64,000 bases of DNA from NCBI RefSeq assembly GCF_001194135.2, contig NC_068981.1, positions 92,750,497-92,814,496 of the forward strand, read 5' to 3'. Source of the DNA: Octopus bimaculoides (Eukaryota). The notes beneath the pieces are model-generated. The model worked only from the letters and a program-made list of their open reading frames with translations, had not been told where the DNA came from and searched no databases. The first letter of the stretch is position 1. The number at the start of each line of letters is the position of its first letter. The translations under genes were made by a program, and so were the position numbers. This document shows positions 1 to 12,635 of the stretch, piece after piece.

Positions 1-63
1 GGATATTGAGTATGTTTCGGCAGGTGATTGTAACAAACAGGCAGATTAAAAGTAAATAATGAG

Positions 64-183
64 AGTAATAATAATAATAATAATAATAATAAAGAGAAGA
101 AGAAGAAGAAGAAGAAGAAGAAGAAGGAGGAGAAGAAGAAGAAGAAGAAGAAGAAGAAGAAGAAGAAGAAGAAGAAGAAGAAG

Positions 184-211
<28 letters not shown>
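64..211 (+). repeat. Compound microsatellite (TAA)n followed by (GAA)n
   Basis: Direct reading. It explains the poly-Leu/Ile ORF 46..315. Confidence 0.97.
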
Positions 212-215
<4 letters not shown>

Positions 216-959
216 TGTAATTATATATATATAATATATAATTATTTTTTCCACCAGTAATTAAAACAGAACAAGGTGAATTGGTTCTTTTCAAGTCCAA
301 GGTGAGCGACCTCATTGATCGCTAGTAGTAGTAAACACATCTGACCTCTGCTAATCCCAAGGGTGCGAGGCTACTTTTGTCTCCTTATCGGACCGGAATG
401 CCCATTGCTGATCTCTTCACCATTTGCCGAATCTATTTACAAACCTGTGGAATTTAATTTATTCATCAAGCTGTCTCTCTTGCTCCTACTATGCCCTCAA
501 ACACTCACATATTTATGATCATCTCAAGTACAAGAGAAAAGTTAGGACGAAACAACATTCAATAATACTTTTTTAATAATAAATGGAAATAATAATAATA
601 ATAATAATGGTAATAATGGTGATGGTGGTAATAATGATAATTTAGCGAAAACTAATGTCAGATCAGAGGAAATGTTAAAAATGACATATAGTAGTGAAAA
701 AATGAAAATAATATCGGTGATCATAATAATAATGAAAGGAAGCGGTTAGAATCTCCCAATGCTCTGATTGATGATACATCTAGTCACAATAAAAAAAAAA
801 TTGGTAATTGCGCAACCTGATAATCGCTACCTCATAGGAGTGACAATCAAAAACAAAGCATTGTGAATACCGGTGATAATGAAACTGAAGCCCTTGATGG
901 AGACAGTGTTACACCTAGCAGGCTCAGATATACTGGTCCGACTCCAGCCTGTCATTCAG

Positions 960-3590
960 CAAGGGACCAGCACACATGGCGTAGATGGAACAAATAAATC
1001 AATGCTGTGGTCATGGATTATTACTACCTGAGCAATCCCGTAGACGAACATGGAGTTCATCTTAGGAGATATCGACAACGTATGATCAAGGGAGAGAAAG
1101 AGCATTGTTTCAATTCACGGAACAGAGATTATGTGATTAAGCTAGAGCAATAAGAAAATATTATTGTTTCACAGATGTAGAGCTCGAAGCTATCAAATGA
1201 CGGGCATTGGGAGCAGAGGAAACAATGAAAATACAGTTCCTACTGATAAAAGTAATCGCGTAGCAGCAAACAGGTGAAATCTATAATAAACCACAGGAAA
1301 GGAACGGTGATAGTTTGTTCGATGAGAGACATATAGAAGGTTTGGAAGAAGATAGCAAAATTGATGGTGACATGACAGATGGGCAAAAGGTAATCTACGA
1401 CAGAATAAAGGCAAGACTACAGGAGAACAATAACGACATTATTTGCAAACTTTAAAAGGTTGATCAGTGGAAATTGAACCAGGAAACGAAAAATGTCAAT
1501 GAAATTCTGAAATACATCAGACGAAAAAACATCACAGAAACAAATAATTTGTTCAAAGCAGCAAGAATTTGTGTAGCGGAAAATGTGAGTGTTGTTGTCA
1601 AGAAAAAGAAATATAATGGGAGTAACAAAAGAAGAGATCCATGGTGGAAAAGAAGAATACAGGTGGAGTTAGATATGCTCACGAAGGACATTTCTGTTTT
1701 AGACCAAAATGAAAAGGGGGATGTTAAAAGCGAACAAAAATATAGGGCGCTGAACAGGAAGTATAATATTGAAAGAAATGGCCTGAAAGGGGTAATGGAG
1801 GAACTGAAACAGCTCCTTGTTGCAAAGAAAGCAAAGATGGTAAGATACGACCATAGAATGTAGGGTTACCAGCAGAATAGGTTTTGTAGAGTAGGTCAGA
1901 AGAGATTCTATAATGAAATAAATGGAGTGTACAGATTAAATGTCGAAACCAGATAACATTGAAAGTCAAAGGTTTTGGAGTGACGTCTGGAGCAAAGACA
2001 AGGAGCATAAGAAGGATGCTGAATGGTTCCAAGAACTGAAATAAACAGTAGTCTGTCCAAAACAGACAGAAGTGTCATTTCAGTTAAGGAAGTGAAGGAA
2101 ATCAGCACAAAAATTGGCAAGTGGAAAGCCCCGGGACCAGATAGAGTTCAAGGCTATTGGATCAAAAGACTTGGTGAATGCCATGCACGAATAGCTGCAC
2201 AACTCAACACCTTTTTTAAATGCCGACCAAGTAACACCAGAGTGGTTGACAATGGGTAAGACAGTATTGTGCTTGAAAAAACATCGAAAAAGGCAACACG
2301 GTAGACAATTGCAGGTCGATATATCCTGTTCGCCAAGAATGTAGAAATTATTAACTGAAATAGTTGCAGTCCATGAACGGACATTGGGAAAAAATGGAGT
2401 CCTGCCACATAAGGAGATTGGTTGCAAGCGTAAGTGTAGAGGTAACAAGGATCAACTCGTGGTAGAGCCATGTCACAGATTCATTATCGTAAAGCGTACG
2501 ATATGATCCCACGTTCTTGGATTATGAAATGTATGAAGCTATATGGTATTGCATCGAATGTTGGGCAATTGCTTGAGAAAGGTAAGGAGAAGTGGAAGAC
2601 GGACCTCACAGGATATGGAAGAAGTTTAGGGACAATAGAATTCAGGAGAGGCATCTTCCAAGAGGACCGCCTGTCCCCGCTAACTTTTGTACTGTGCATG
2701 ATACCAATAACACTGATTTTGAGGAAAAGAAAGGCTGGGTATATATTCAAAAGCCGCCAACAAAGTATCAATCACTTGTTATTCATAGATGATCTCAAAC
2801 TTTATGGTAAAGATGAATTCCAAGTCAGTTCCCTCTTTGATACGGTGTATACTTTCAATGCTAATATCAGAATGGAATTCGCACTGAAAAAGTGTGGTGT
2901 GTTACGTTTGAAGTGAGGCAAAATCAAATGTATGGATAGGCTAGCAATACCGTCGGGGGAGGTTATGAAGCATATAGTAGAGAGGAGCTATAAGTACTTG
3001 GGATATTGGAAATGGATACATTGATGGTGAAAGAAATGACAGAAAAATTTAAGGTGGAGTACTTGCGCAGAAATTAGACAGACTGAATAAGATTGAAGCT
3101 ATCAACACCTGGACGGTTTCACTTTTTAGATATACAGTAGGGGTAATTGAATGTGTAGTAGACGAACTAAACAGCTTAGACAGAAAGATAAGGAAGTTAC
3201 TGACTATATATGTGATACTCCACTGAAGAAGTGACACAGACAGACTGCATGTACCAAGAAAAAGAGGGGAAGAGGACTGATTGGATGCGAACACAGTGTT
3301 AGATCAGGAGAAAACAACATAGCTCGCTATGTAAAAAATGCCACGTTACCACTGTTATTGGAAGTAAGAAGGGAAGGCTTGTGTAAGATGGAATATTGCA
3401 AAGATAAAGCACTGTACAAGCATTTGAGAATGAATGAAACTGAAACTGAAAATAAATGGATAATGAAAAGTTGGAATGGACAATTTCATAGGCTCTAATC
3501 TGTGCTGCCGACGAAGAAGCACTAGGAACAAATTACATCAAATACAGAATAGACAACACATTAGAAAATGATAAATGGAGATTCCCCAAG
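960..3590 (+). mobile_element. Degraded R4/Dong-like (R2 superfamily, RLE-type) non-LTR retrotransposon, N-terminal region plus RT
   Basis: Broken frames give VVMDYYYLSNP, WKAPGPDRVQGYWIK, YRKAYDMIPRSWI, RRGIFQEDRLSPLTFVLCM, INHLLFIDDLKLYG, IRMEFALKKCGVL, NKIEAINTW, DRKIRKLLT and ALICAADEEALGTNYIK. These match R4/Dong RT and post-RT motifs. Many stops and frameshifts. Confidence 0.9.
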
Positions 3591-3619
3591 ATAGTTTCAG
3601 CAAATAGTAGTAGTTAGGC

Positions 3620-4055
3620 ATGATTATGGCAGCAGAAGGGAAAGCTGAAGGGGGAGACAAAACGTTTGTTAGGAGATGCACAAGATAAAGTATTAATGAT
3701 TAATTGGATAAAATCCAAAATAGACAAAAACCAAGAAGATTCCCAATGTAGATTATGCAAATGAAAAGAGGAAAGCGTTACTCATATAGTAAGTGAATGT
3801 AGCATGCTTGCACAGAAAGAATACAAGAAAAGACATGACAGTCTAGGGAGAGCAATCCACTGGGAGCTTTGTAGAAAGCTAGGATTTGAACACACACATA
3901 AATGATATAAACATGAATCTAGTAAATCCTAGAAGTAAGAAATGCAAGATGTTGTGGGAGTTTAACATTCAGAGTGACAGAGTTATAGAAGCTAAAAGAC
4001 CTGATTTGGTAGTAGTAGATAGAGACAATAGAAAATTCCAGGAGATCGATAATGG
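3620..4055 (+). mobile_element. R4/Dong-like 3' fragment (CCHC zinc knuckle plus start of the restriction-like endonuclease), 3'-truncated
   Basis: KSKIDKNQEDSQCRLCK..ESVTHIVSECSMLAQKEYKKRHDSLGRAIHWELCRKLG, then LWEFNIQSDRVIEAKRPDLVVVD..ID. Similarity stops at about 4052. Confidence 0.88.
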
Positions 4056-5446
4056 GAAGGATTATCTCTTAAGTAATTACAAAGTCTTTTATACAGAAGA
4101 TATTTTGACCCCGTGTATATCAAAGTAGAATAGACGAAAATCAGAAGTTGACGCTATTGCAACAAGGGACACAAATAATTGGATGTGTATTTTGGGCTCC
4201 TTCGAGGACAACAGAAATAAAAGGATAGGGTATACTTATTCGAACCCGATTCAATGTTAAGTGATAAAAGTTATCAGGAAAAATATAGTAACAAAATTTC
4301 TACGGAAGAGGAAATGTCTCGAGGTGGGACAAACGAACCCGAGAGACACCGAATCACCTTGCTCACCTAAAGTAACATGGTAATTTCTTCTTACACACTC
4401 CTAATGTTCGGCCTACTTGCGCATGCTTGCGTATATTTGTTCTTCGGTCTATTAAATATACATAAATGTTGAGTTTAATTCGAACCGGTAATACGCCACA
4501 TTAGCATTAACAGGGCAATTATTTCAAGAAATTATCCGAGGACCCTAATCAAAATTAGTTTGGAAATGTCCAGCAAGTTTATTTTCATCGTCATCCATAC
4601 TTTTCACGAGGCAGTGGCTACCGTCACTCCCCCGCTATTAATCCACTATAAAATAAATTGGGAACTCTGGTGTTCTGCAGGGCGAATGATTTTACCTGAG
4701 AGAGAACCTTCACTCTCTCGAGCTGGCTTACTCGGAGTACAGCATTTACTTTGACCATATTTGTTTCGAGGCTGCTTCCAACACAGCGCGTGTCACTGCT
4801 TCCAGTTATTGCCGATGTACGCCAATGAACCACGAACCTCTTTGCAGCTGCTGCCAAAACGTCGGCTGGAATGGATGGCGATCTCTTCCAAATCACTTTT
4901 ACAAGCTGTTTCTCTTGTATCAAACGTGTTTCTTCCTCGTTTAGCGAGAGGTACTATGCTTATGCCATCGCCTTCACAACAAAAGAATTGCTGCTCGCGG
5001 TGCCTTTCCCCAATACTTTGTTGTCGTCATGATTATTTTCTTACTGAAGTTGCTACGCTTGCTACCATCGCTATTGTTGATGTTGCTGTTTTTATCGTTG
5101 TTGTTTCTGTTATTAAAAACGCCGATGTAGTCGTGGTCATTGTTATTGTTGTTGCTGCTGTTGTTTTAGTTCATGTGTGTTTTTCGTGTAGCTGGTAGTT
5201 CTATGAATTTTTCTTTGGACGGCCATACTGAAATTTTCAACTCTCACGAGAAAAAACTCCTACGAGACAAAAAAATCATACGAAAATAGGTATATATTTC
5301 AACAATTTGGTGGTTCTGCTCCGTTAAGTACAGTCCTTATTTAAAATTTTAACAAAAATTGACTACTGTAAACAAACTATTTTCATCAAAGTTCAACAAA
5401 GCTTCGTGGGGCAACAAGCAGTACTAAGAATAAAAACGATGATATT

Positions 5447-5447
5447 A

Positions 5448-5522
<75 letters not shown>

Positions 5523-5530
5523 GTGATGAT
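5447..5530 (+). repeat. (ATG)n microsatellite
   Basis: Direct reading. It explains the poly-Met ORF. Confidence 0.97.
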
Positions 5531-6787
5531 AACAGCAAAAACAACAACAGCAACAGCAATAACTCAAGTACACCTTCGTGAATTTAGTTGAGTCTCTGTC
5601 GACTAATTCACAGTTATTTGGGATATTGATATTTTAATGATATATTGTGAGTTCCACCTCGGCAGAAGATGCACGTAAGTAGCTGCAACTAAGTTGAATA
5701 GCAAATCATTTTTTCCGATTCGCAATCAATTTTTCAATGAAACATTATAACAATGATTTCTAACAAAGGCTCAAGGCTATGAATTTGGCACCAGCTGCTA
5801 TGATAATACAAGGCTAGAAATAATGTAGGATATTCTTTCTAATGAGGAAATTTATGGAATGTCCACAGAACAAATATAGAGATTAAAATGCAGATGCTAT
5901 TTGAGAAACACAAGTGCTTTAAACCGAGTGAAATTATATGTATGTGTATTCGATAATAAAAATATGACATGAGATTTTAGGTGAAGTTTGCATTCAAGTT
6001 AAAATTTGACAGAAAAATTTCTATGGCATGTTGTCATGTAATTTCAGTAAATTGTATGTATTTAATGACGCTAAATACAAATTTTAATTTGTAAATCTTA
6101 GCTTGTATTATAGTGACGATTTCTGAAAAGAACGAAATATTAGGATCATCAGGATTATCAATGATGAGGAGTTTTAAAAATTTAATATGTGCACAAAATA
6201 AAAAAAAATAAAATATGTGTAATGTAGGCATCTTTTTCATTATTTCTTCATTTTAAATTCATTCTTCTGACCCTACCAGATATTATGAAAAAGTGATTAT
6301 CTCCTTTGATATAACTAACCACTAGGGACAAAGCATATTTGAACATCTGTTGCTGTGAATTTGAAGTCATCCAATTAAACTATCGACGAGCATCAATGTG
6401 TTGTGTTTGCGAAGAAACGCTTCTTCTACTACGTATCGTGAGTTTACTTCTTGAAACCAATAACTGCAACTCAAAGTAATACATCAATACGCTCTAAGAA
6501 GTAAAAGATAAGAAAATTATATTCCATTAATTTTTTCGGGGTATAATAATATTTCACGAATAAGAAACAAATATCGTTTCATAAAATGTTTAGTTTATAA
6601 ATCTCGGGTAATATCAAGCTAACAAAATATCAAGCTAAAAAAATGAAATAATAATATACAAGCTTACCAGTAATAAGGAAATTTCATAACTTCGTAATGT
6701 CTGCAAAAAACAAACAAATTGTGTGTATTTTTGCAACTTTTTCCTTATTCTTTAATTACAAATTCAAATTATTATCCTGCCAATTAT

Positions 6788-7001
6788 TGGTTTCAAATTG
6801 TGGCACAACGTCAGAAATTTTGGGTAAGTGGGTAAGACGATGTAATCGAACGAGTGCTCAGCTTGTACGTATTTTATCGATCACGAAATGATAAAAGGCA
6901 AAGTCGACCATGGTGATCTTTGAACGTAGAAGGTAAAGACGGACGAAATGCCGCTAAGCACTATGCCCGGCGTGTTAAACATTCTGACTGCTTGCCGCTT
7001 T
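6788..7001 (-). mobile_element. tRNA-derived SINE ('ggcggcgagctggcaga' head family), decayed
   Basis: The reverse complement aligns by eye with the copies at 17874 and 33262 (head, atgcttagcgg, gtcgactttgccttt). Confidence 0.75.
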
Positions 7002-7159
7002 ATCCTGCCAAATATCTTCTGGTGAAATTATAATTTCCCTTTGAAATAATTGTCCGCTAGAGGAAAGGTGTTCAATAGAAAGCATTCTTGTTAATATATG
7101 ACACTAAGGGCATGTGACCAAATAACAAACAAAGGTGAGCTGTCGATGTTACGAGCAAA

Positions 7160-7488
7160 TACAAGACTATAAAGCCCCTCTTCGGTCATGAATGACCATG
7201 AGATTGCAACTAGGAAGTTACTCTCCGTGGTACAATTTCGGTGAAGATTGTTTATGGAAAACCAGCAGTCGCCCATGCACATCAGCCTCCCCACTCCACG
7301 CCACCGATGTCATCCAAGGGAAAGGCAGATGCTGATGCAACTAGGCATCAGTAACGTCCCAACGCATTTATACAGCTGAGTGAACTGCAGCATCGTGAAA
7401 TACTGTTTTGCTCAAGGACACAGACCGATCAAAGAATCGAACTCACTACATCATGATTGCGAGCTTGACGCTTTAACTACTGAGCCAT
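7160..7488 (-). mobile_element. tRNA-derived SINE (second family)
   Basis: The minus strand starts atggctcagtagttaaagcg..gagttcgattc (A- and B-box-like), followed by a tgtgtccttgagca core. Confidence 0.7.
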
Positions 7489-8484
7489 TCCTTTTATGAA
7501 GTAAATCTGAATGACATATGGGACATAACAGCAATGTTATGGAAGTTATTTTGTCTAAGTACCGAAATAGATTTTACTATAGTTGCAATCAGCGTTTTGT
7601 AACTAAAGTAGAGTGACAAATATACTGACATCTTTGGAACAGAAACACAGTATATAGAGACATACCTAAATATTCTTCTGGTTTGCTACTAAAGTATACA
7701 GATTTATATGATTTCTAAAATAGGTGAGAAACTGGAGAATTTAAATAAGAACAAAAGACAAAATTCATTTATGGATTCAATGTTATTTCGTTTTCTCATG
7801 TATAGGTAGAAACATATATCGTTTTCTCAGATATAAATATACTGGTAAAATACATAACAGATAATCTATAACTACTAACCTATACGACATACGGTATATA
7901 TGTTTATTTTCTACTGAACAATATTACAAATGATTGAAAGAAAGAAAGTCTTAAGAGCGTTCATGTAGTTTGCGCATATATAAGAGAAAATGACATCGTT
8001 TAATCCGATCGATACCCACACTGTATTCGAGGTGTGCGTGTGTAGCAGGGAAAAAAAAAACTTAATATATATCGTTGACGTCATACAAATTTTATATACC
8101 TTCGAGGAAAGTAAAGTAACTCGAGGTACATCACATGCAGCTTTAAAGAAGAGCACGTAAATATTGGATTGGCAAACCCCTATGGAGAGAAAACTGCGAA
8201 TGCGGTTGGCAAATTGTTTCATCTGAAAATATTTTTGAACCCAAAATTTGTACGAATATATTTAGCTGTCAGCGGAAAATATGCAAAATGAAACCAGATG
8301 AGAATATGAGAGATATCTCCACCAAAATGATAAATTTAAGAGGCAAGTTGTGCGAAAAAGGGAAAAATACAAATCGAAAAGCACATATAAATACATGCAG
8401 AATTTTACATAGTAACAATAATTTAAGACAAAAAAATCTAAAACTAAAAATAATATATGACCATAAGTAGTCTTTCTACCTACA

Positions 8485-8515
<31 letters not shown>

Positions 8516-9639
8516 CATATGGCATTTTTGTAAGTAATTTACGGCGGAAAGAGTATGAACATACAGCATTAAAAAAGAAATCAATAGGGAAGATGGAGAA
8601 GATGAAGCTTTTATTTTTGTTGACATAGAAGCGATAAAACGGTCTGAAGGAAAGAGACGCACATAACAATGCTTTCTGGTGTGGGAGAGTGATTAGGTGG
8701 TAGCAGTTACGTGAAAAGTCATAGCAAATGCTGATGTACCAATAAAAATACGTAGATATTGATACAAAAAGGAAGATATAAAACTGGAAGAGCTATATGG
8801 AAAGTGATATTAGGGAGAGGGGAGAAGTAGAGAGTGAGTGAGTGTGGAAGAATAAATTCTACAGACGAGAAAATTAAAACTGAGATTGCTAACTTAGAAA
8901 GAGTCATGGTGGCGGGGGGCAGCAACAGATTATATGACGGACAGAGATGTGTCGGTAGATAATTCAGATAGAGATTATAGACAGAAACGATAAAAATTTT
9001 AGAAATATAGATTCATGATTGCAACTTAAAAATCAAAGTGTGAGAAAATGCCGGTTGCGTTACAAATAACTACATACTTATATCTACAGACATACATACC
9101 CCACACGTGATTTTATAACTTTTACCATTAGAAACATTTTCTCCGCGGAAGCTGCAGTGAATTTGACCTTAGAAATTAAAGTACGTCACAAAAATAATTT
9201 AACTAAACTAAATTTCACTCACAAACACACATACACACAGACGCACATGCACACACATATGTGTATTCGTGTGTGTGTAAAGGCCCGTGGTCATAGTTTA
9301 TGATTCTGGTATAGCACACTCAATCGCATATTTGTGTGTATATGTGTGTGCGTGTTCATGTGTGACAAACAACATCTCACATCTTGGTCAATGCACTCAC
9401 ACACATACATATATATGACTAACAATATAATTTTCTGTATATAGCTCGCAGATGAGATCCAAATATTCTCTGTATAGAAGACACTTAGAAGAGCTTAAGG
9501 GATTCAAACTGAGACTCCGATGTTTTAACAGGGCCTCATTCCACAAGGTAAAAGGAAGGCTATATACATGTGTGTGTATGTGTTTGTGTGTGTGCGTGTG
9601 TGTGTGTGCGCGTGTGTTGAATAAAATAAGACAACAAAA

Positions 9640-10130
9640 CCAACGCTGCGTGGAGTTTTCAAGACATTTATAAAGAGGAAGTTAGTCTTACAGCTGTTTC
9701 TGGGATATTAGGAATATCCCTTCATCAGAGACGATTTGAGATAGTTAAATAGAGAGAAATATTGGAATTCAATATAAGGAGCTATTTTGAAAAGGGAAGG
9801 AAATAAGGAGTATGGAGGAAAATAGGAGAATGAAAGTGGAAATTTAAATATATATATATGTATAGATGCTATAGTTGCAGCTCAGTTATCCAAGGAAAGT
9901 GATGTGTAGAAGAGATAAAATGCTTCTTGTCCGTAGTGTGTAAATTCCAATAGGAGTTCAGATTTTGTCATTTCAAATGGAACGTGTGGAGACGTAGGTT
10001 CCCTGCGCTGTTCATTCAAAGAGGTCTTGTGGTGTGAATGAAAATGTGAGAATGTAGTGGTAGTATTACGTGGATAGAAAAGGGAGAAGTGATGTGTATT
10101 TTAAAATGAGGAGAGAGGTCAAAAGGAAAA
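9640..10130 (-). mobile_element. Penelope-like element 3' end / pseudo-LTR
   Basis: Degenerate GIY-YIG C-terminal tail (HHKTSLN..; HTFHLK*QNLNSYWNL; SLSL..TE resembling C.LCL.E), then a pyrimidine-rich stretch and a hammerhead. This is the usual PLE pLTR order. Confidence 0.65.
9685..9732 (-). ncRNA. Minimal type I hammerhead ribozyme
   Basis: Minus strand: GUCU-CUGAUGA-A-GGGAUAUU ccu AAUAUCCC-A-GAAAC-AGCU-GUA-AGAC. Stem I is GUCU/AGAC, stem II is a perfect 8 bp, stem III is the palindrome ACAGCUGU, and the cleavage triplet is GUA. Confidence 0.9.
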
Positions 10131-10229
10131 GGTGAGAAAAGAAGAAGGAAAGAGGAAGAGAAAATGTGAAAAAGTGAAAGAAAGTGAAAAATGTTTTAAA
10201 AAGGTGTTAATGTGTGGCCAAGATATTAT

Positions 10230-10525
10230 CAGGGGTGGGAGAGGAGTAGGTGGTGGGAGAGGAGTAGGGTGGGAAAGGAGTAGGGGTGGGAGAGGAGTAG
10301 GGTGGGAGAGGAGTAGGGGGGAGAGGNNNNNNNNNNNNNNNNNNNNNNNNNNNNNNNNNNNNNNNNNNNNNNNNNNNNNNNNNNNNNNNNNNNNNNNNNN
10401 NNNNNNNNNNNNNNNNNNNNNNNNNNNNNNNNNNNNNNNNNNNNNNNTGGGAGAGGAGTGGGTGAGGAGTGGGGGATGATTAGGGGGAGTAGGGGAGAGG
10501 TGTAGGGGTGGCAGAGGAGTAGGGT
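10230..10525 (+). repeat. Purine-rich minisatellite (about 16-17 nt unit gggagaggagtagggt) spanning an N-gap
   Basis: Direct reading. Confidence 0.85.
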
Positions 10526-10873
10526 GGGATAGGAAAAGATAAGAATGTCAGGAATGAATATGTGTGAGGTGGCGTGATATGTTAGAATGGCACTAAGGAA
10601 TGGGTACAGAAAAAGGTATAGGAGTAGGGTTTCTAAATGGAGTAGTAAACCTCAAAACGGAAGGGAAGAATACTAAGAATGGTCAAGTTTCTATGATTAA
10701 ACATATGCCTTAAACATATGCCTTAAACATTTGTCTTAGCTAATGTGATAGTGTGGGTTGAGGAGTCAGAGACGAAGAAAGAAGTGCACATTAATATAAG
10801 CACGCGCTCACAAACGTAGACATATGTGTGTATATATGCACTATTATATAGACCTGTGTACTTGGCCTGTATA

Positions 10874-11411
10874 TTGGGTTGAGGGAAAAGTTCGTGCAAC
10901 TTGTTAAAATAATGTTTTTTTATATATATATTATTGTGGTGTGGGTGTCTTTATTCAGTTCATGTTATGTTCAATTGTGACTCACTGTTGAAAGGTACCC
11001 AAGACTTGTTCGTCTAAAACGCCCTTTGTTTCAACAGTACAATGCAAAGCCGCATACCACCAGAAAGACCAGCAAAGAACTTGAAGAATTGGATTCTGTG
11101 GAAGTTCTGCCGCATCTAGCCTATAGCCCAGAAGTTGCTCCATCTAACTACGGTCTCTTCCTATCAATGCAGTACCTTATGAAAGGTCGCCGATTTGAGA
11201 CATTCGATGAAGTTGAAGAAGCCTGTCAAGAATATTTCGATTCAAAGCCGAAGGATTGGTTCTTTGACTAAATCCGAAAGGCTGCAGATTGTTGGTAGAG
11301 GGTCGTGGAAAATGATGGTCTTTATTTTGAAGAATAGTTGTTGTTTTTGAATAAATTCTTGCTTAAAAATCATTATTTTAATACGGCGCATGAAGCTTTT
11401 CCTCAACCTAG
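10874..11411 (+). mobile_element. Internally deleted mariner transposon with both TIRs and TA target-site duplication
   Basis: Left TA-TTGGGTTGAGGGAAAAGTTCGTGC..TTAAAATAATG matches the reverse complement of the right end TA-CTAGGTTGAGGAAAAGCTTCATGC..TTAAAATAATG. The inside encodes FQQYNAKPH..LPHLAYSPEVAPSNYGLF..W*RVVENDGLYF (mariner C-terminal catalytic region). Confidence 0.9.
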
Positions 11412-12635
11412 TATAATATATATGCACACACACCCATAAATATATGCGTATACGCATACACGTGAGTAAATATATACACATGCATGCACACGTACATACA
11501 CATACACAACGCGTGCACACACACACACACACGTATATATATATATATACATATATATATATAATAATAATAATAATATTAGGGATAAAATCCCAAATTA
11601 CAGGTCAAAACTCAATTAAAATCAATTTATTAAAAAATTTATTTAAATTAAGTTTCACAGTATAAAATATATATAAATATATAGTCTTAGGGAAAGAAAA
11701 TAGAAACATAGTAAATCTTATATATTGTGCTTTTAGTTATATATTTTTCTATATGTGACAGTGGATTTTCATCGATGAGTTCATGAACCTTGTTTCCTAT
11801 CCCTAAAACTATATNNNNNNNNNNNNNNNNNNNNNNNNNNNNNNNNNNNNNNNNNNNNNNNNNNNNNNNNNNNNNNNNNNNNNNNNNNNNNNNNNNNNNN
11901 NNNNNNNNNNNNNNNNNNNNNNNNNNNNNNNNNNNNNNNNNNNNNNNNNNNNNNNNNNNNNNNNNNNNNNNNNNNNNNNNNNNNNNNNNNNNNNNNNNNN
12001 NNNNNNNNNNNNNNNNNNNNNNNNNNNNNNNNNNNNNNNNNNNNNNNNNNNNNNNNNNNNNNNNNNNNNNNNNNNNNNNNNNNNNNNNNNNNNNNNNNNN
12101 NNNNNNNNNNNNNNNNNNNNNNNNNNNNNNNNNNNNNNNNNNNNNNNNNNNNNNNNNNNNNNNNNNNNNNNNNNNNNNNNNNNNNNNNNNNNNNNNNNNN
12201 NNNNNNNNNNNNNNNNNNNNNNNNNNNNNNNNNNNNNNNNNNNNNNNNNNNNNNNNNNNNNNNNNNNNNNNNNNNNNNNNNNNNNNNNNNNNNNNNNNNN
12301 NNNNNNNNNNNNNNNNNNNNNNNNNNNNNNNNNNNNNNNNNNNNNNNNNNNNNNNNNNNNNNNNNNNNNNNNNNNNNNNNNNNNNNNNNNNNNNNNNNNN
12401 NNNNNNNNNNNNNNNNNNNNNNNNNNNNNNNNNNNNNNNNNNNNNNNNNNNNNNNNNNNNNNNNCACATACGTACGCATATGCATGTCGATATATGCAGT
12501 ATTAAACAATTAAAACAATTAAAATATGATTGGAGAGATACAAACTTAAAAACGGAGACGATGAATAGTCAAATAAGATTGAGGGTTGTTGGAGAGAACT
12601 TAAGGGGTGCTCTGGATATGTACATTTTTTGTTAT

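Noticed and set aside
300-960. HDV-like ribozyme at the 5' end of the R4/Dong element
   Set aside because: Only simple hairpins are present (agcga/tcgct; ctggtcc/ggaccag); no P1-P1.1-P2-P3-P4 topology was found by eye.
6115-6160. CUGAUGA..GAAAU on the minus strand
   Set aside because: No stem II or stem I can be formed, so it is not a hammerhead.
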